Assembly (NCBI GenBank): GCA_019056785.1
Contig: DXJV01000005.1
Span: 1-64,000 of the forward strand
Length of the DNA: 64,000 nt
Source of the DNA: Candidatus Heimdallarchaeota archaeon
GTDB lineage: Archaea; Asgardarchaeota; Heimdallarchaeia; JABLTI01
Reading direction: 5' to 3'
Numbering within the stretch: position 1 is the stretch's first letter; every line of letters begins with the position of its first letter. A program made the translations under genes and the position numbers. Positions 47,532 through 57,629 of the stretch are shown in pieces. The notes beneath the pieces are model-generated. The model had not been told where the DNA came from, did no database searches, and saw only the letters and a list, made by a program, of their open reading frames with translations.

Positions 47532-48926
47532 TTACTCAAGAACTTTGGTTACTGCTCCCATTTTGGCTATTTTCGCTAAATAACGGGGGTTGGTCTCTTT
47601 TATAAGCAAGAACGCTAATAGAAGTGCTAATAAGCCAAAGAATATTGGGAAGAGCGGGATGACAAAAATCCCTTGGGGAATATATTTTGGTAATATCGTC
47701 CCCGGAAAAATGTCTGCTATATAGCAACCAAAAATCGCTCCAATATTTCCAAAGAAGACTTGTTCCATTTGTATCAAGCTCATCCCCCTCCCCCGTTCAT
47801 TTTCTTTTGTTAAATCTGCCATAATAGTGTTGGCAGTTGGAACTTTCAATGCATATAATGGATACAGATAAACAATAAAGAGTGCAATGGGATACATGGA
47901 AAGAGTAAATATTAACGTATAGACAATTGGATAAGCTAGTATTGAAAAAATGAAGACTCGTTTTCGACTTGTCCTATCCAAAATAGAACCACTAATGAGT
48001 AAGATAACCATTCCAAGGGCTGTAGCAATAGTATTGGACTTTGCTATAAGCATATTTGACAATCCAGCCGCTTTAAAGTAGACAGAAGTGATAACATTAA
48101 AAGGCCCGAAACCGAAGTCCAGAATTGCGAGAACAACAATAAGAGAGACTACATTTTTTCGCTTAAAAATGTCAAAATATGATGCATATTTTTCTGCCTC
48201 TTTTATGTCGCTGGTAACTCGACTTTCCATAACCGTTGGCTTTTCTCCCTTTTCTTCTATTGTTGCAGTTGTGGATAAGAATTCTTCTGGTAAAGGGACA
48301 AGAAGTGGTTCAATTATTGAACCCTTTGCTTTGGAAGGTGAAAACAGTGAAAGAATTCCCGCTAGTATTGCAAATCCGGCCGCGAAGCTTAATGTGCCAA
48401 TAATTCCTTTCCAATCGTAAATGATGTCTGATAAGGCACTGCCGATCATCCAACCTGCACTGGCAAAAAAGACTTGATAACTGGACACTTGCCCCTTTCT
48501 ATTTTGTGGGCAAATAATTGTTATTAATGCACTATGTTGTGTATAGTAAATTTGTGTGAAAATGCCAAAAATAGCTAAAATAAGTAAGATAGACCAAATG
48601 GTTTTATTAAAAAACAAGAGGAGTAAAAATTGAACCATCGAGAGTACTTTTGCGATAAAAATGAGCAACTTTCGTTTCCCTGTTTTATCGGAGAAAGAAC
48701 TTAAAACAGTTGTGCCAAGAATTGAGACAATCGCTGGAATAGCAAGAACAATCGCGATATTGAGGTAAGAGTTCGTTACTTTCTCACTGAGGAAGATGCC
48801 GAAAAAAATCCAGTAGATAGATAAAGCGATATGTTCGAGTAGGTAAGAAAACAAAAGCGGCAAAAGATAGGCTGGTGGCAATAGTTCTTTAAGGGTTCGG
48901 TCTTTTTCCTCAATCATACTTGTCAC
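47532..48926 (-). CDS. MFS transporter
   Basis: About 12 TMs, motif A SSFSDKTGKRK, ERGRG. Confidence 0.9.
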   Translation of the reverse strand: MTSMIEEKDRTLKELLPPAYLLPLLFSYLLEHIALSIYWIFFGIFLSEKVTNSYLNIAIVLAIPAIVSILGTTVLSSFSDKTGKRKLLIFIAKVLSMVQFLLLLFFNKTIWSILLILAIFGIFTQIYYTQHSALITIICPQNRKGQVSSYQVFFASAGWMIGSALSDIIYDWKGIIGTLSFAAGFAILAGILSLFSPSKAKGSIIEPLLVPLPEEFLSTTATIEEKGEKPTVMESRVTSDIKEAEKYASYFDIFKRKNVVSLIVVLAILDFGFGPFNVITSVYFKAAGLSNMLIAKSNTIATALGMVILLISGSILDRTSRKRVFIFSILAYPIVYTLIFTLSMYPIALFIVYLYPLYALKVPTANTIMADLTKENERGRGMSLIQMEQVFFGNIGAIFGCYIADIFPGTILPKYIPQGIFVIPLFPIFFGLLALLLAFLLIKETNPRYLAKIAKMGAVTKVLE

Positions 48927-48940
48927 AGTTATTTATTTAT

Positions 48941-50827
48941 TTATTCCTCTGTTTGCAACTTTTCTCCATTTAAATCCTTTTCTTGGTTTTTGAACTGAAG
49001 CTGATACAAGCGGTAATATTCTCCTTTTCTTGCGAGAAGCTCAGCATTTGTGCCTTCTTCGACAATTTTCCCATCCTTAAGAACTATGATCCGGTCAGCA
49101 TTTCTGACTGTAGAAAGTCGGTGGGCAATAATAAATGAGGTTCTCCCTGAAAGGAGTTTAGTTAAAGCTTTCTTAATGAGTAATTCTGTATATGCATCAA
49201 CTGAAGAGGTTGCTTCATCCAAAATGAGGATTTTCGGGTTGGGGAGTAAAGCTCTAGCAAAGGAGATTAATTGTCGTTGACCAAGGGATAGTTTGCTTCC
49301 TCGCTCGCCGACTTCTGTTTCATATCCTTTTGGTAGCCGTGAGATGAATTCGTGGGCATTTACTTTTGTTGCCGTCTCAATTACCTCGTCCATACTGACA
49401 TCTTTTTGATTGAAGATAATGTTCTCTGCTATTGTCCCTGAAAAAAGATAGGGGTCTTGTAAAACAATGCCTAACTGTCTGTGGAGTGATTTATGAGTGA
49501 CGTCTTGTATATTATGCCCATCAATAGTAATTCTCCCCTTTTGAATTTCGTAAAACCTTGCAAGCAGGTTAACAATCGTTGTTTTTCCGGAGCCTGTCGG
49601 TCCAACAATCGCCAACGATTCACCGGGTTGCACTTCTAAATTAAAGTCTTCCAATACAGGCTCCCCTTCTTTGTAACTAAAATTGACTCCTTCGAATTTC
49701 ACTTTCCCTTGAATTTCAGGCATATCATAGGCTGTGGGTTTCTCCACAACATCAGAGTTGCTGTGATTTAAATCATATACCCGTTCTGTTGCAGCCATTG
49801 TTGACTGAAATGTGTTGTAAAACATCGTCAAGTTCAAAACGGGCCTGAAGAAATTCCCGACATACTGTGTAAAAGCTATTGCGGTTCCCAAAGGAATGGC
49901 AAATAATATCCCGACAGAACCATAAATAGTTGTGTAGCCTGCATAGAAGTAAACGAATCCGACGACAGCTGTTGCTAAGAAGTTAAAGAGTGGAAAAGTT
50001 GTGGCAAAAACACCAATAGCTTTCATATTTGCTTGCCGGTTCTCTTCATTAATCGATGCAAATTCCTGGATGTTTTTTTGCTCTCTTGAAAATGATTTGG
50101 AAATTTTAACGCCGGAAATGCTCTCTGAGAGGTTGGCAGTGACGGTGGCAATTGTTTTCCTTGTTCGGCGATAGGCCTTTCGTGCTCGTCGTTTGAAGAA
50201 ATAACTGATTAGTAATGTGATTGGAATCGATAAGAACATACACCATAGGGCTAAACGCCAGTCCAGTACGAAGAGCACAATGGAAATTCCAATTAGAGTA
50301 ATAAAGTCAATTAAGGAAGTAATTATCCCTCCACTCACTAATTCATTGATTTTATCGCAGTCATTGGTGACTTTGGAAATCAGTCGCCCTGCTTCTTGGT
50401 TATCGAAGAATTTCATTGAAAGACTTTGCATATGTCGGAAAGTGTCAGTACGAATCTTTTTTACAGTATTATAGCCTATCTTATAGAGTAAAATCGTTCT
50501 GAAAATTTGCACGACTGCTGTCAGAATTGTTGTTCCGAGGAGTGCAAGTGTCAAGATTAACAAAAGTCTCTTTAATTCTGCAATAGTACTAGTGGCGTTT
50601 TTAAATACGTTATCAATAATGAATTTCATGATAAGGGGCGATACAAGGTCCAGTACCGAACTAAAAGCAACCAGTAACAGCGCAACGATTGCTAATCCTT
50701 TATATTCACCGAAGATAAAACTTAGAATCCATTTTGCAAGTGTCCAATCACTTGTTACTTTCAAACGTTTCTTCTCTTCATCATCTTCTATTAATGCACT
50801 AAAGTGTCCGCCTCGATGCCAGCCCAA
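48941..50827 (-). CDS. Heterodimeric ABC exporter subunit (consensus Walker B/H-loop half)
   Basis: TMD plus NBD; GPTGSGKTT, degenerate signature LSLGQRQ, LDEATSSVD, IAHRL. Confidence 0.93.
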   Translation of the reverse strand: MGWHRGGHFSALIEDDEEKKRLKVTSDWTLAKWILSFIFGEYKGLAIVALLLVAFSSVLDLVSPLIMKFIIDNVFKNATSTIAELKRLLLILTLALLGTTILTAVVQIFRTILLYKIGYNTVKKIRTDTFRHMQSLSMKFFDNQEAGRLISKVTNDCDKINELVSGGIITSLIDFITLIGISIVLFVLDWRLALWCMFLSIPITLLISYFFKRRARKAYRRTRKTIATVTANLSESISGVKISKSFSREQKNIQEFASINEENRQANMKAIGVFATTFPLFNFLATAVVGFVYFYAGYTTIYGSVGILFAIPLGTAIAFTQYVGNFFRPVLNLTMFYNTFQSTMAATERVYDLNHSNSDVVEKPTAYDMPEIQGKVKFEGVNFSYKEGEPVLEDFNLEVQPGESLAIVGPTGSGKTTIVNLLARFYEIQKGRITIDGHNIQDVTHKSLHRQLGIVLQDPYLFSGTIAENIIFNQKDVSMDEVIETATKVNAHEFISRLPKGYETEVGERGSKLSLGQRQLISFARALLPNPKILILDEATSSVDAYTELLIKKALTKLLSGRTSFIIAHRLSTVRNADRIIVLKDGKIVEEGTNAELLARKGEYYRLYQLQFKNQEKDLNGEKLQTEE

Positions 50828-50828
50828 T

Positions 50829-52655
50829 TTATTTTCGCCCTCCTGCTATTTCTTTTGCTGTTGTTGTTTTGCTGCTTGTTTCTTGTAGCGGTTCTTTAAT
50901 TGGTCCAAATTCCTGTTCAATTAATTGTGTTTCGTAGAGATACTTGTACAATCCTTCTTTTGCCATCAGTTCTTCATGTGTACCTGCCTCAATTATTCGC
51001 CCTTTATCCATCACAATTATTTTTGTTGCGAATTTAATTGTTGAGAGCCTTTGAGTTATTATCAGCGTGGTTCGGTTTTTGATCAATTCATTTATTGCCT
51101 TTTGGAATTGATATTCGGTTTCAAAATCCAAAGCACTCGAGGAGTCATCCATGATTAATATTGGGGTGTTTAATAACAAGGCACGAGCAATAGTCAGTCT
51201 TTGTTTTTGCCCGCCACTTAATGTCACTCCTCGCTCACCAACAATAGTATCATAGCCATTCGGAAAGCTCATAATGAAATCATGTGCTTGAGCAATTTTG
51301 GCAGCGCGAATGATCTCTTCTTCTGTGGCATCTGGTTTGCCAAAAGCAATGTTCTCCCGGATAGTTTTGGCGAAGAGAAAAGCTTCTTGTTGAACAATAG
51401 AAATTTGCTGTCGTAAAGTTTCCACAAGCACATCACGAATGTCTATGCCGTCTATTTTTATCACTCCTTCTTGAGGGTCGTAAAACCTAGGGACCAAGCT
51501 AACAATTGTACTCTTCCCCGAACCCGTTGTTCCTAAGAAGGCAACTATTTCGCCCGGTTTAATCTCTAAATTAATGTTTTTCAGTACTGGGGGATTTCCT
51601 TCCACATAACTAAAAGTAACATGTTGAAAAGAGATTGCTCCTTTGATCTCTGGCATGGGTATTGCCTCGGGCTTATTTTGGATTTTCTTTTCCATGTCAA
51701 TAATCTCAAAAATTCTGTTCAGAGAGGCACTCCCTTCTTGGAAATGGAGGATTGCAAAGGACATAAAACGCGTGGGCATTTGGAGCATGATAAGATAGCT
51801 GTTGATAGCGATAAGCCGTCCAATGTCCATATCTCCACCAAGGATAATCATTCTCCCTCCGACAAAGAGCAAGAGAAATGACCCTATACCCAATATGAGT
51901 GGAAACATGGTTGTTAGAAAAGCTCGTAAACGAGCCATTTGCATGTTCATTTGCAAGTAGCGCTCATTTTCGCGCTCAAATTTATCGAACTCATAATCCT
52001 CTGCTGCAAAAGCCCGGACGACACTGGCGCCATATACATTCTCAGCGAGAACAGAATTCATATCACCAAATTTGTTTTGAATTTTGCGCATTAATGGTCG
52101 GATCTTTCTTGCATATGTAAACATGATTATAAACAATACCGGCGCCAGGGCTGTGAGAATCAGCATTAATTTCCAATCCATCAAGCCAACCATAACAAAA
52201 ATACCCAGATACAAACAAATGGAGCGTAAAAAAATCCGCATGCCGATACTTAAAAGCCTTCGAATTGCTTCAATGTCACTTGTTCCTCTCGAGATTAATT
52301 GCCCCGTTTCGATCCTGTCGAAAAAGTCGATGGATTGTTTCTGAATTTTCGCATAAAGAGTATTTCGAATGTCATAGATGACTGATTGTGAAACATATTC
52401 ATTGATATATCGCTGAAGGAAGCGAAAAATCGACGCAAAAAAGCCAATCCCGATATATACCGGCACCCAAAGTTTCAAAGCATGAAGCTGGGTTGTGAAA
52501 TCGCCTGACTCGAAAATTAGATTAATGATGTTTTTCGCCACCCAAGGCGTTAAAAGCGTAAAGATTGAATCGAGCATTGCAGCAAAAATAACAACTACTA
52601 ATGCGAACCAAGTTTTTCGTGTCATGTGATGGAATAGTCGGAAAATTGGGTGCAT
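50829..52655 (-). CDS. Heterodimeric ABC exporter subunit (degenerate-site half)
   Basis: TMD plus NBD; GTTGSGKST, LSGGQKQR, MDDSSSALD (E->D), ITQR (H->Q), as in TM287/288-type pairs. Confidence 0.93.
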   Translation of the reverse strand: MHPIFRLFHHMTRKTWFALVVVIFAAMLDSIFTLLTPWVAKNIINLIFESGDFTTQLHALKLWVPVYIGIGFFASIFRFLQRYINEYVSQSVIYDIRNTLYAKIQKQSIDFFDRIETGQLISRGTSDIEAIRRLLSIGMRIFLRSICLYLGIFVMVGLMDWKLMLILTALAPVLFIIMFTYARKIRPLMRKIQNKFGDMNSVLAENVYGASVVRAFAAEDYEFDKFERENERYLQMNMQMARLRAFLTTMFPLILGIGSFLLLFVGGRMIILGGDMDIGRLIAINSYLIMLQMPTRFMSFAILHFQEGSASLNRIFEIIDMEKKIQNKPEAIPMPEIKGAISFQHVTFSYVEGNPPVLKNINLEIKPGEIVAFLGTTGSGKSTIVSLVPRFYDPQEGVIKIDGIDIRDVLVETLRQQISIVQQEAFLFAKTIRENIAFGKPDATEEEIIRAAKIAQAHDFIMSFPNGYDTIVGERGVTLSGGQKQRLTIARALLLNTPILIMDDSSSALDFETEYQFQKAINELIKNRTTLIITQRLSTIKFATKIIVMDKGRIIEAGTHEELMAKEGLYKYLYETQLIEQEFGPIKEPLQETSSKTTTAKEIAGGRK

Positions 52656-52761
52656 GTTCTTCTTCTCACAATTTTTCTTACTGTAATACTACCCTTTCCT
52701 TTATAAAATTATTTTGACTGAATTAATTATTAAAAATAAAATGAACGTTTCAAACACCTTT

Positions 52762-53802
52762 TTAATTTTCACGAAGCTTCTGCAATGCTTGGTAAGCTGC
52801 TTCAGAAACAATCTTGTAGTTGCTTTTTTTGGCACTTTTTAATGCTTCTTTAACAGATGGGTCGCCAATTTTTCCCAAGGAAAGAATAATCTCTCGACGA
52901 ACGAAGGGGTTTGTATCGGTTCCTAATATTTCAACTAAATTTGGCACAGTACGCTGATCAGTCAATTTTCCCAACGCTTCTGCACACACTCGCCGGACAA
53001 TGTAGGATTGGTCTCGCAATAAGGTCCGGCTGAGAATACGGACTGCTATGTCCTTTATTTTTTCAAATCCTTCGATCTCTTCTTTTCTACTTAAATGGTG
53101 TTGTAAGATATTACCGATAGCAAAAACGATTTCTCTTTTCGCAAGTTCAAAGGATTCTTTTTCGAGGGCTCTACAAAGGACTTGGATAGATTCAATAGCT
53201 TTTATTCGATGGAGTGCCCATGCTGCAAGCATTCTATTTGTGGCGGTTGTGTCTTGTTGCAAGGTTTTTTCAAGAGCTACTCTCGCCGGTCGGACTTGAA
53301 CTTTCCCCAGAAGCCAAATAACTGCACGCCGAATCATTTGAGACCTGCTAGATGTCAGTAGTTTTAACAATTGATCGAGGATCGATTTGAAATTATAATT
53401 TTGGAGCCCAATTATCGCCCAATACTTAACCTCTTCACTAGTATCATTTAAGGCTTTCAAGAGGATTTGATAAGCTTCTTTTGTTTGTAATTTTCCGGCA
53501 ATCCAAATGGCTCGTGCGCGTAAATAACGATGTTCAGAAGTGTCAAAAAAAAGGTGTTTAACAATCTCAAATAATTGTCTGTCTTGTTTATCGAATAAAA
53601 GAAGGAGTGCCAGTTCACAAACGATATAGTCAGGGTCCTTGTTAATAATTGTCTTTAAAAGGTCATTAACTTCTGGTGTTTGCATATCTTTTAAGTAGAG
53701 AACTGCATTAAATCGTTCAAAGGGATTTGTTGATTGTAATTGTAGTTTGATCTGTTGTAAAGTTAGTTGTTCTGGTGGCTTTTCGGCGTTTAAATCTGTC
53801 AT
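52762..53802 (-). CDS. HEAT-repeat (PBS lyase-like) protein
   Basis: About 10 repeats of D....VR..A..ALG.I. Confidence 0.88.
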   Translation of the reverse strand: MTDLNAEKPPEQLTLQQIKLQLQSTNPFERFNAVLYLKDMQTPEVNDLLKTIINKDPDYIVCELALLLLFDKQDRQLFEIVKHLFFDTSEHRYLRARAIWIAGKLQTKEAYQILLKALNDTSEEVKYWAIIGLQNYNFKSILDQLLKLLTSSRSQMIRRAVIWLLGKVQVRPARVALEKTLQQDTTATNRMLAAWALHRIKAIESIQVLCRALEKESFELAKREIVFAIGNILQHHLSRKEEIEGFEKIKDIAVRILSRTLLRDQSYIVRRVCAEALGKLTDQRTVPNLVEILGTDTNPFVRREIILSLGKIGDPSVKEALKSAKKSNYKIVSEAAYQALQKLREN

Positions 53803-53946
53803 TCAGCTTTCCCATCATGTTGGATAAATAAAAGGCTGTTTAAATTTTTTTAAAAGATATGAAATAAAGTTTGGCAATGCAGCTTAAAAAAAAGGAAAAG
53901 TATTCCCCCAAGAAGGGGTAAATTATTTCTTTTGTTTTCTGTTTCT

Positions 53947-55185
53947 TTACTCTGTAATGATTTTTGCTTGCATCTTTGAAAGCTCGATTTTTCTTCCTTC
54001 ATGAACCCAATCGGTGAAAATTTGATATTGTTTAAAGGTATCACCGATGATGTCATCAATTGGGTGTTTGAAGAAGAAAGCCAATTCATGAATAGCGCCA
54101 AATTCACCTCTGGATTTAGCGAATAAAAGGCATCGAGCGATATCGATTGCTATTGGTGCTGCTAAAATAGAGTCAATTCCATGCCATGTGAATTGCAACG
54201 CCATTTTCGTTCCAAGAAATCCGCGATATGAGATATAGTCCCAAGCAACTTTGTGGTCAACTAGGGGTGGGAAATATTTGATTTCCGTAATAGAGAATGG
54301 AGAATAACCAATACTACTTGAGATTGCTTTGTCTTTGCTTTCGATCTTGCTTTCTTTGTTCTTATCTTTGCTTAGTGTTACACCATCGTCGTCCCCGAGG
54401 ATGTTGAACCCAGCCCAACCAAGGATCTTGAGATTCCTCATTTTGAACATTGGTGCGAGCGTTGTTTTCATCAGCGTTTCGCCTGTCTTTCCATCATCGC
54501 CCATATGGGGCACTTTGTTTTTGATGGCTAATTCACGAATTGCCGGAACAGTTGCTCCATGTGATGGTGTGAAATTTCCGTAAGGTATTTTCAGCTTCAA
54601 TGCGGCATAGGCATAGAGCATGCTTGCAGTTACTTTTTCGACTTTATTTTCGTCGATTAATCCTTCAAAGGCATCTAGCGATTGATGCTCTTCACTGAGT
54701 GGTATGTGCTGTTCTGTTGATGCAACATTCATCATGACGACTTCGCCATTTTTGTTCTTAAAACTCTCAAAGTCCTTCATCAATTGTCCTACTATCTCAG
54801 GGAGTGTTAAGCCATCAGCCTCGAGTGTTTGCAGGTTGCCAAGAGCCTGTACACCTGGTCCACAATTAATTGCCGTCCCTTTTTTAGCATAAACCTTCGA
54901 AAGCTCATTTTTAGCAGCATCTAGATAATGTCTTTGAAAATGATAGTTTTCTTCCCAAATCTTTTCTGAAGCTTGAAATGCGTTCTTGTCCAAAAAACGC
55001 ACTTCTGTACCTCCAAGTTTGATGTCATCTAAGGGAAACTTACTTCGAATGGGATCGCATTCGGGACTTTCTGTGACTATTCCTGCTTGTACTCGTGGCG
55101 CAGCACCCTTCTTAATAGCAGCAAGTCCTGTCAAAGTTGTGGTTGCGACTGCACCATAAGCACCGATAAACCAAATTCCAGTCAT
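53947..55185 (-). CDS. ino1: Myo-inositol-1-phosphate synthase
   Basis: GAYGAVATT, NVASTE, YAYAA, NFTPS, DGKTGETLMK, NILG..DG, DSILAAP..ID, FFKHP. Confidence 0.94.
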   Translation of the reverse strand: MTGIWFIGAYGAVATTTLTGLAAIKKGAAPRVQAGIVTESPECDPIRSKFPLDDIKLGGTEVRFLDKNAFQASEKIWEENYHFQRHYLDAAKNELSKVYAKKGTAINCGPGVQALGNLQTLEADGLTLPEIVGQLMKDFESFKNKNGEVVMMNVASTEQHIPLSEEHQSLDAFEGLIDENKVEKVTASMLYAYAALKLKIPYGNFTPSHGATVPAIRELAIKNKVPHMGDDGKTGETLMKTTLAPMFKMRNLKILGWAGFNILGDDDGVTLSKDKNKESKIESKDKAISSSIGYSPFSITEIKYFPPLVDHKVAWDYISYRGFLGTKMALQFTWHGIDSILAAPIAIDIARCLLFAKSRGEFGAIHELAFFFKHPIDDIIGDTFKQYQIFTDWVHEGRKIELSKMQAKIITE

Positions 55186-55313
55186 TTCGATCAACTCACG
55201 TGAATCGTTTATTATATGGTCATATAATATTTACTCTTTAAAATACTTTAGGTTTTAATTTAAAAAAGGTAATAAAAAAATTTTAAGAAAAAGTTAAAAG
55301 GAAAAATATGCGT

Positions 55314-55913
55314 TCAAGCCTTCATGGCTTTTAAATTCTCGAAAAGAACTCTTCCGGCTTCGGTTGCTTTTCCTTGTCTGTTTGGGATAACTAAAAGTAG
55401 TGCACCTGTTTTTTGCCCGATAGAGGCCGCAACTATTTTGTTTAGAAGCTGGTGTTCCATAAGCAAGTCCAGTGAATCTTCGTCTCGTGCACGGCTTGTG
55501 TCTAATTCCCGCCTCTTTTTAATCTCTTCAGCAGTAGTTTCGATTAAAACCAGTAGTTTCGGATGAAATGCCTCTGAGACCCAGGAAGGAATGCCTTGAA
55601 GAAAGCTCCCTATACCGGTTTTAATAGTAAAATGGGTGTCTACTATAACCACTTTCCCTTTGGCTCTTTCAGCAATCTCTAAAGCAGCTTGGCGTTGAAT
55701 CTCCTTTTGGGCTCTTGGTGGAAGCTTTCGCATAGCATCTCGGTGTTTTACATTATAGTTTTTTTCAGCAATTTCCATCATAACAGTTCCATAGATAATT
55801 ACAGAGATGTCGAAATTCTCTGCTCGTGCAATTTTTAATGCTTCATTAATTACAGTAGTCTTTCCTACCCCAGGTATGCCACCAACAATAGCAATATAGC
55901 TTTCGTTGTTCAT
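55314..55913 (-). CDS. adkA: Archaeal adenylate kinase
   Basis: GIPGVGKTT, YGTVM, RDAMRKL, VDTH, GxP, RR..D..R.RD. Confidence 0.93.
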   Translation of the reverse strand: MNNESYIAIVGGIPGVGKTTVINEALKIARAENFDISVIIYGTVMMEIAEKNYNVKHRDAMRKLPPRAQKEIQRQAALEIAERAKGKVVIVDTHFTIKTGIGSFLQGIPSWVSEAFHPKLLVLIETTAEEIKKRRELDTSRARDEDSLDLLMEHQLLNKIVAASIGQKTGALLLVIPNRQGKATEAGRVLFENLKAMKA

Positions 55914-55928
55914 TTTTCTACCTCAAAA

Positions 55929-57488
55929 TTAAAACATTAAATTGGTCAACAATTCGTTGATCTTTTTATATGTTCGTTTAGAAATGATGTTGTTCGTAAG
56001 CAGATATTCGAGTCCTTGTTTGACAGCCCCGGCAAATTCGCCTGTTGCAAGAAGATTTGTTGCTCGCAAGTTGTCAAAGGATTGTTTCAATTTCCTGTTA
56101 AATACCAATTCTTCTGCAAGTTTATCCGCAACCTCTTTGCCTCCGATCAGGGCGGAGTCTCGGTCGGCATTTGGATAATCAATTCGAGATCCTCCTCGTG
56201 GTTTAGTTAATGGTGGGATAACAAAATAACGGGTCTCTTTTTTATCTTGAAACCGAATTAAATAAAGAGAAAGCAAAATCGAGCGAGGAATGTTGCCGCT
56301 TATGGAAAAAGCTGATTTATTTATCATTTCCTTGCGATTCTTGACAACGGCATCCATTTTTTTACAAAGCTCATCTGTATTTTGCTTAATCCTGTCTTTC
56401 ATCTCTAGTAAATCCCCAAGAGAGCGGTCCCGTTGCATGCGAAGTTCGTCTAGTTCGTTTTCAGCATTGGCTTTCTTAACCTCATACTCAGTAATGGCTT
56501 TTTGTTTTCCCTCTTCAAAATTTTTCGTAATTTCATTCAAAGCCTTTGCAAGATTTTTCCGGTCATTTTCGAGAGTTTTAACTTTGTTAGCGATATTATC
56601 AATTTGCCCTTTGCTCTTGGACAAAAAAGATTGCATATTCTCACGGAATTTTGGTGTTTCAATAGAAGGGATGTCGTTTAATATTTTGCGTGCATGTTCT
56701 TGAATGGGATTGATCATTCCTGTTAGACCAAGTGTACTGGATTCAAACTTCGAAAGCTCTCGAAAAATCGCTTGGTTAGCTTTTTCTAATTGAGAATCGA
56801 TTATGTCATCTAAACGCTCTTTGTAGCGTTCAATGCGTTCTTGAACCTCCTCTTGTTTGCTCTGGATTCTTGATGTAAATGTTCTTTCGATGTTCTCAAT
56901 CTCCGAATTAATTTCTGCTAACCATTGGCGAGCGAGCTCTTGAAATCGTTCTTTAATTTCCGAGAACTGGGGGATTTCATTCAAATAGGTTATTACTTCA
57001 GCATTAATGCTATCCTCAAAACTGGGCAAAATCAATGGTTTGTCGATACGCCCTAATTCACTCGCAGTTTTTGCCAGAGTTATTGTGGATTTTGAGAAAT
57101 TGTGATTAAAAAGTGGATAATTTTGTGTGTTTAAAATTAATGTATCATTTGCATCCTGTAAATTATTGGTAAAAGCTTTTAAAGTAGACGCATCTTGGAC
57201 CGCTTTTAGATGGGCAATAACATTTGAAAGAGAAAGGTCATTAACTGATGTACCTCCACCATATATTCCAAGAGAATCGATAACCACAAGTCGTTGCTGC
57301 ACAGAATCAAAATAAAGGCGCCAATAGAATTTCGATACTTGTGTTAAACGTTCTTTTGTCCGTTTAAAAAGTCCACCTTTTTTTATCTTATCACCAACCA
57401 CTCCTATAACAAAAGCTAGTTCTGCTTCGAGAGGAATGTCTTTTCTATCTACAATAAAGGGAATAACTGTTTCCTCTTGGATACTCAT
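55929..57488 (-). CDS. Hypothetical protein: globular N- and C-ends flanking a ~200-aa coiled coil
   Basis: KKGGLFKR and FYW beta region, long heptad stretch aa ~175-385, C-terminal RYFVIPP domain. Confidence 0.78.
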   Translation of the reverse strand: MSIQEETVIPFIVDRKDIPLEAELAFVIGVVGDKIKKGGLFKRTKERLTQVSKFYWRLYFDSVQQRLVVIDSLGIYGGGTSVNDLSLSNVIAHLKAVQDASTLKAFTNNLQDANDTLILNTQNYPLFNHNFSKSTITLAKTASELGRIDKPLILPSFEDSINAEVITYLNEIPQFSEIKERFQELARQWLAEINSEIENIERTFTSRIQSKQEEVQERIERYKERLDDIIDSQLEKANQAIFRELSKFESSTLGLTGMINPIQEHARKILNDIPSIETPKFRENMQSFLSKSKGQIDNIANKVKTLENDRKNLAKALNEITKNFEEGKQKAITEYEVKKANAENELDELRMQRDRSLGDLLEMKDRIKQNTDELCKKMDAVVKNRKEMINKSAFSISGNIPRSILLSLYLIRFQDKKETRYFVIPPLTKPRGGSRIDYPNADRDSALIGGKEVADKLAEELVFNRKLKQSFDNLRATNLLATGEFAGAVKQGLEYLLTNNIISKRTYKKINELLTNLMF

Positions 57489-57629
57489 ATCAAATCACAA
57501 CATCTTGATTATTGAACTACTGCTTCAAAGATTCTTTTTAATTGTTCATTTAACGTACTTTTACAGCTATTTTAAAACTTAGGATAGAGCAAAAAGAACG
57601 CGTAAAAATTAATGTTGGGTTAATCTTTT

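Noticed and set aside
48941-52655. Degenerate ABC motifs as a sign of pseudogenisation
   Set aside because: The complementary degenerate/consensus sites are the normal heterodimeric exporter pattern.
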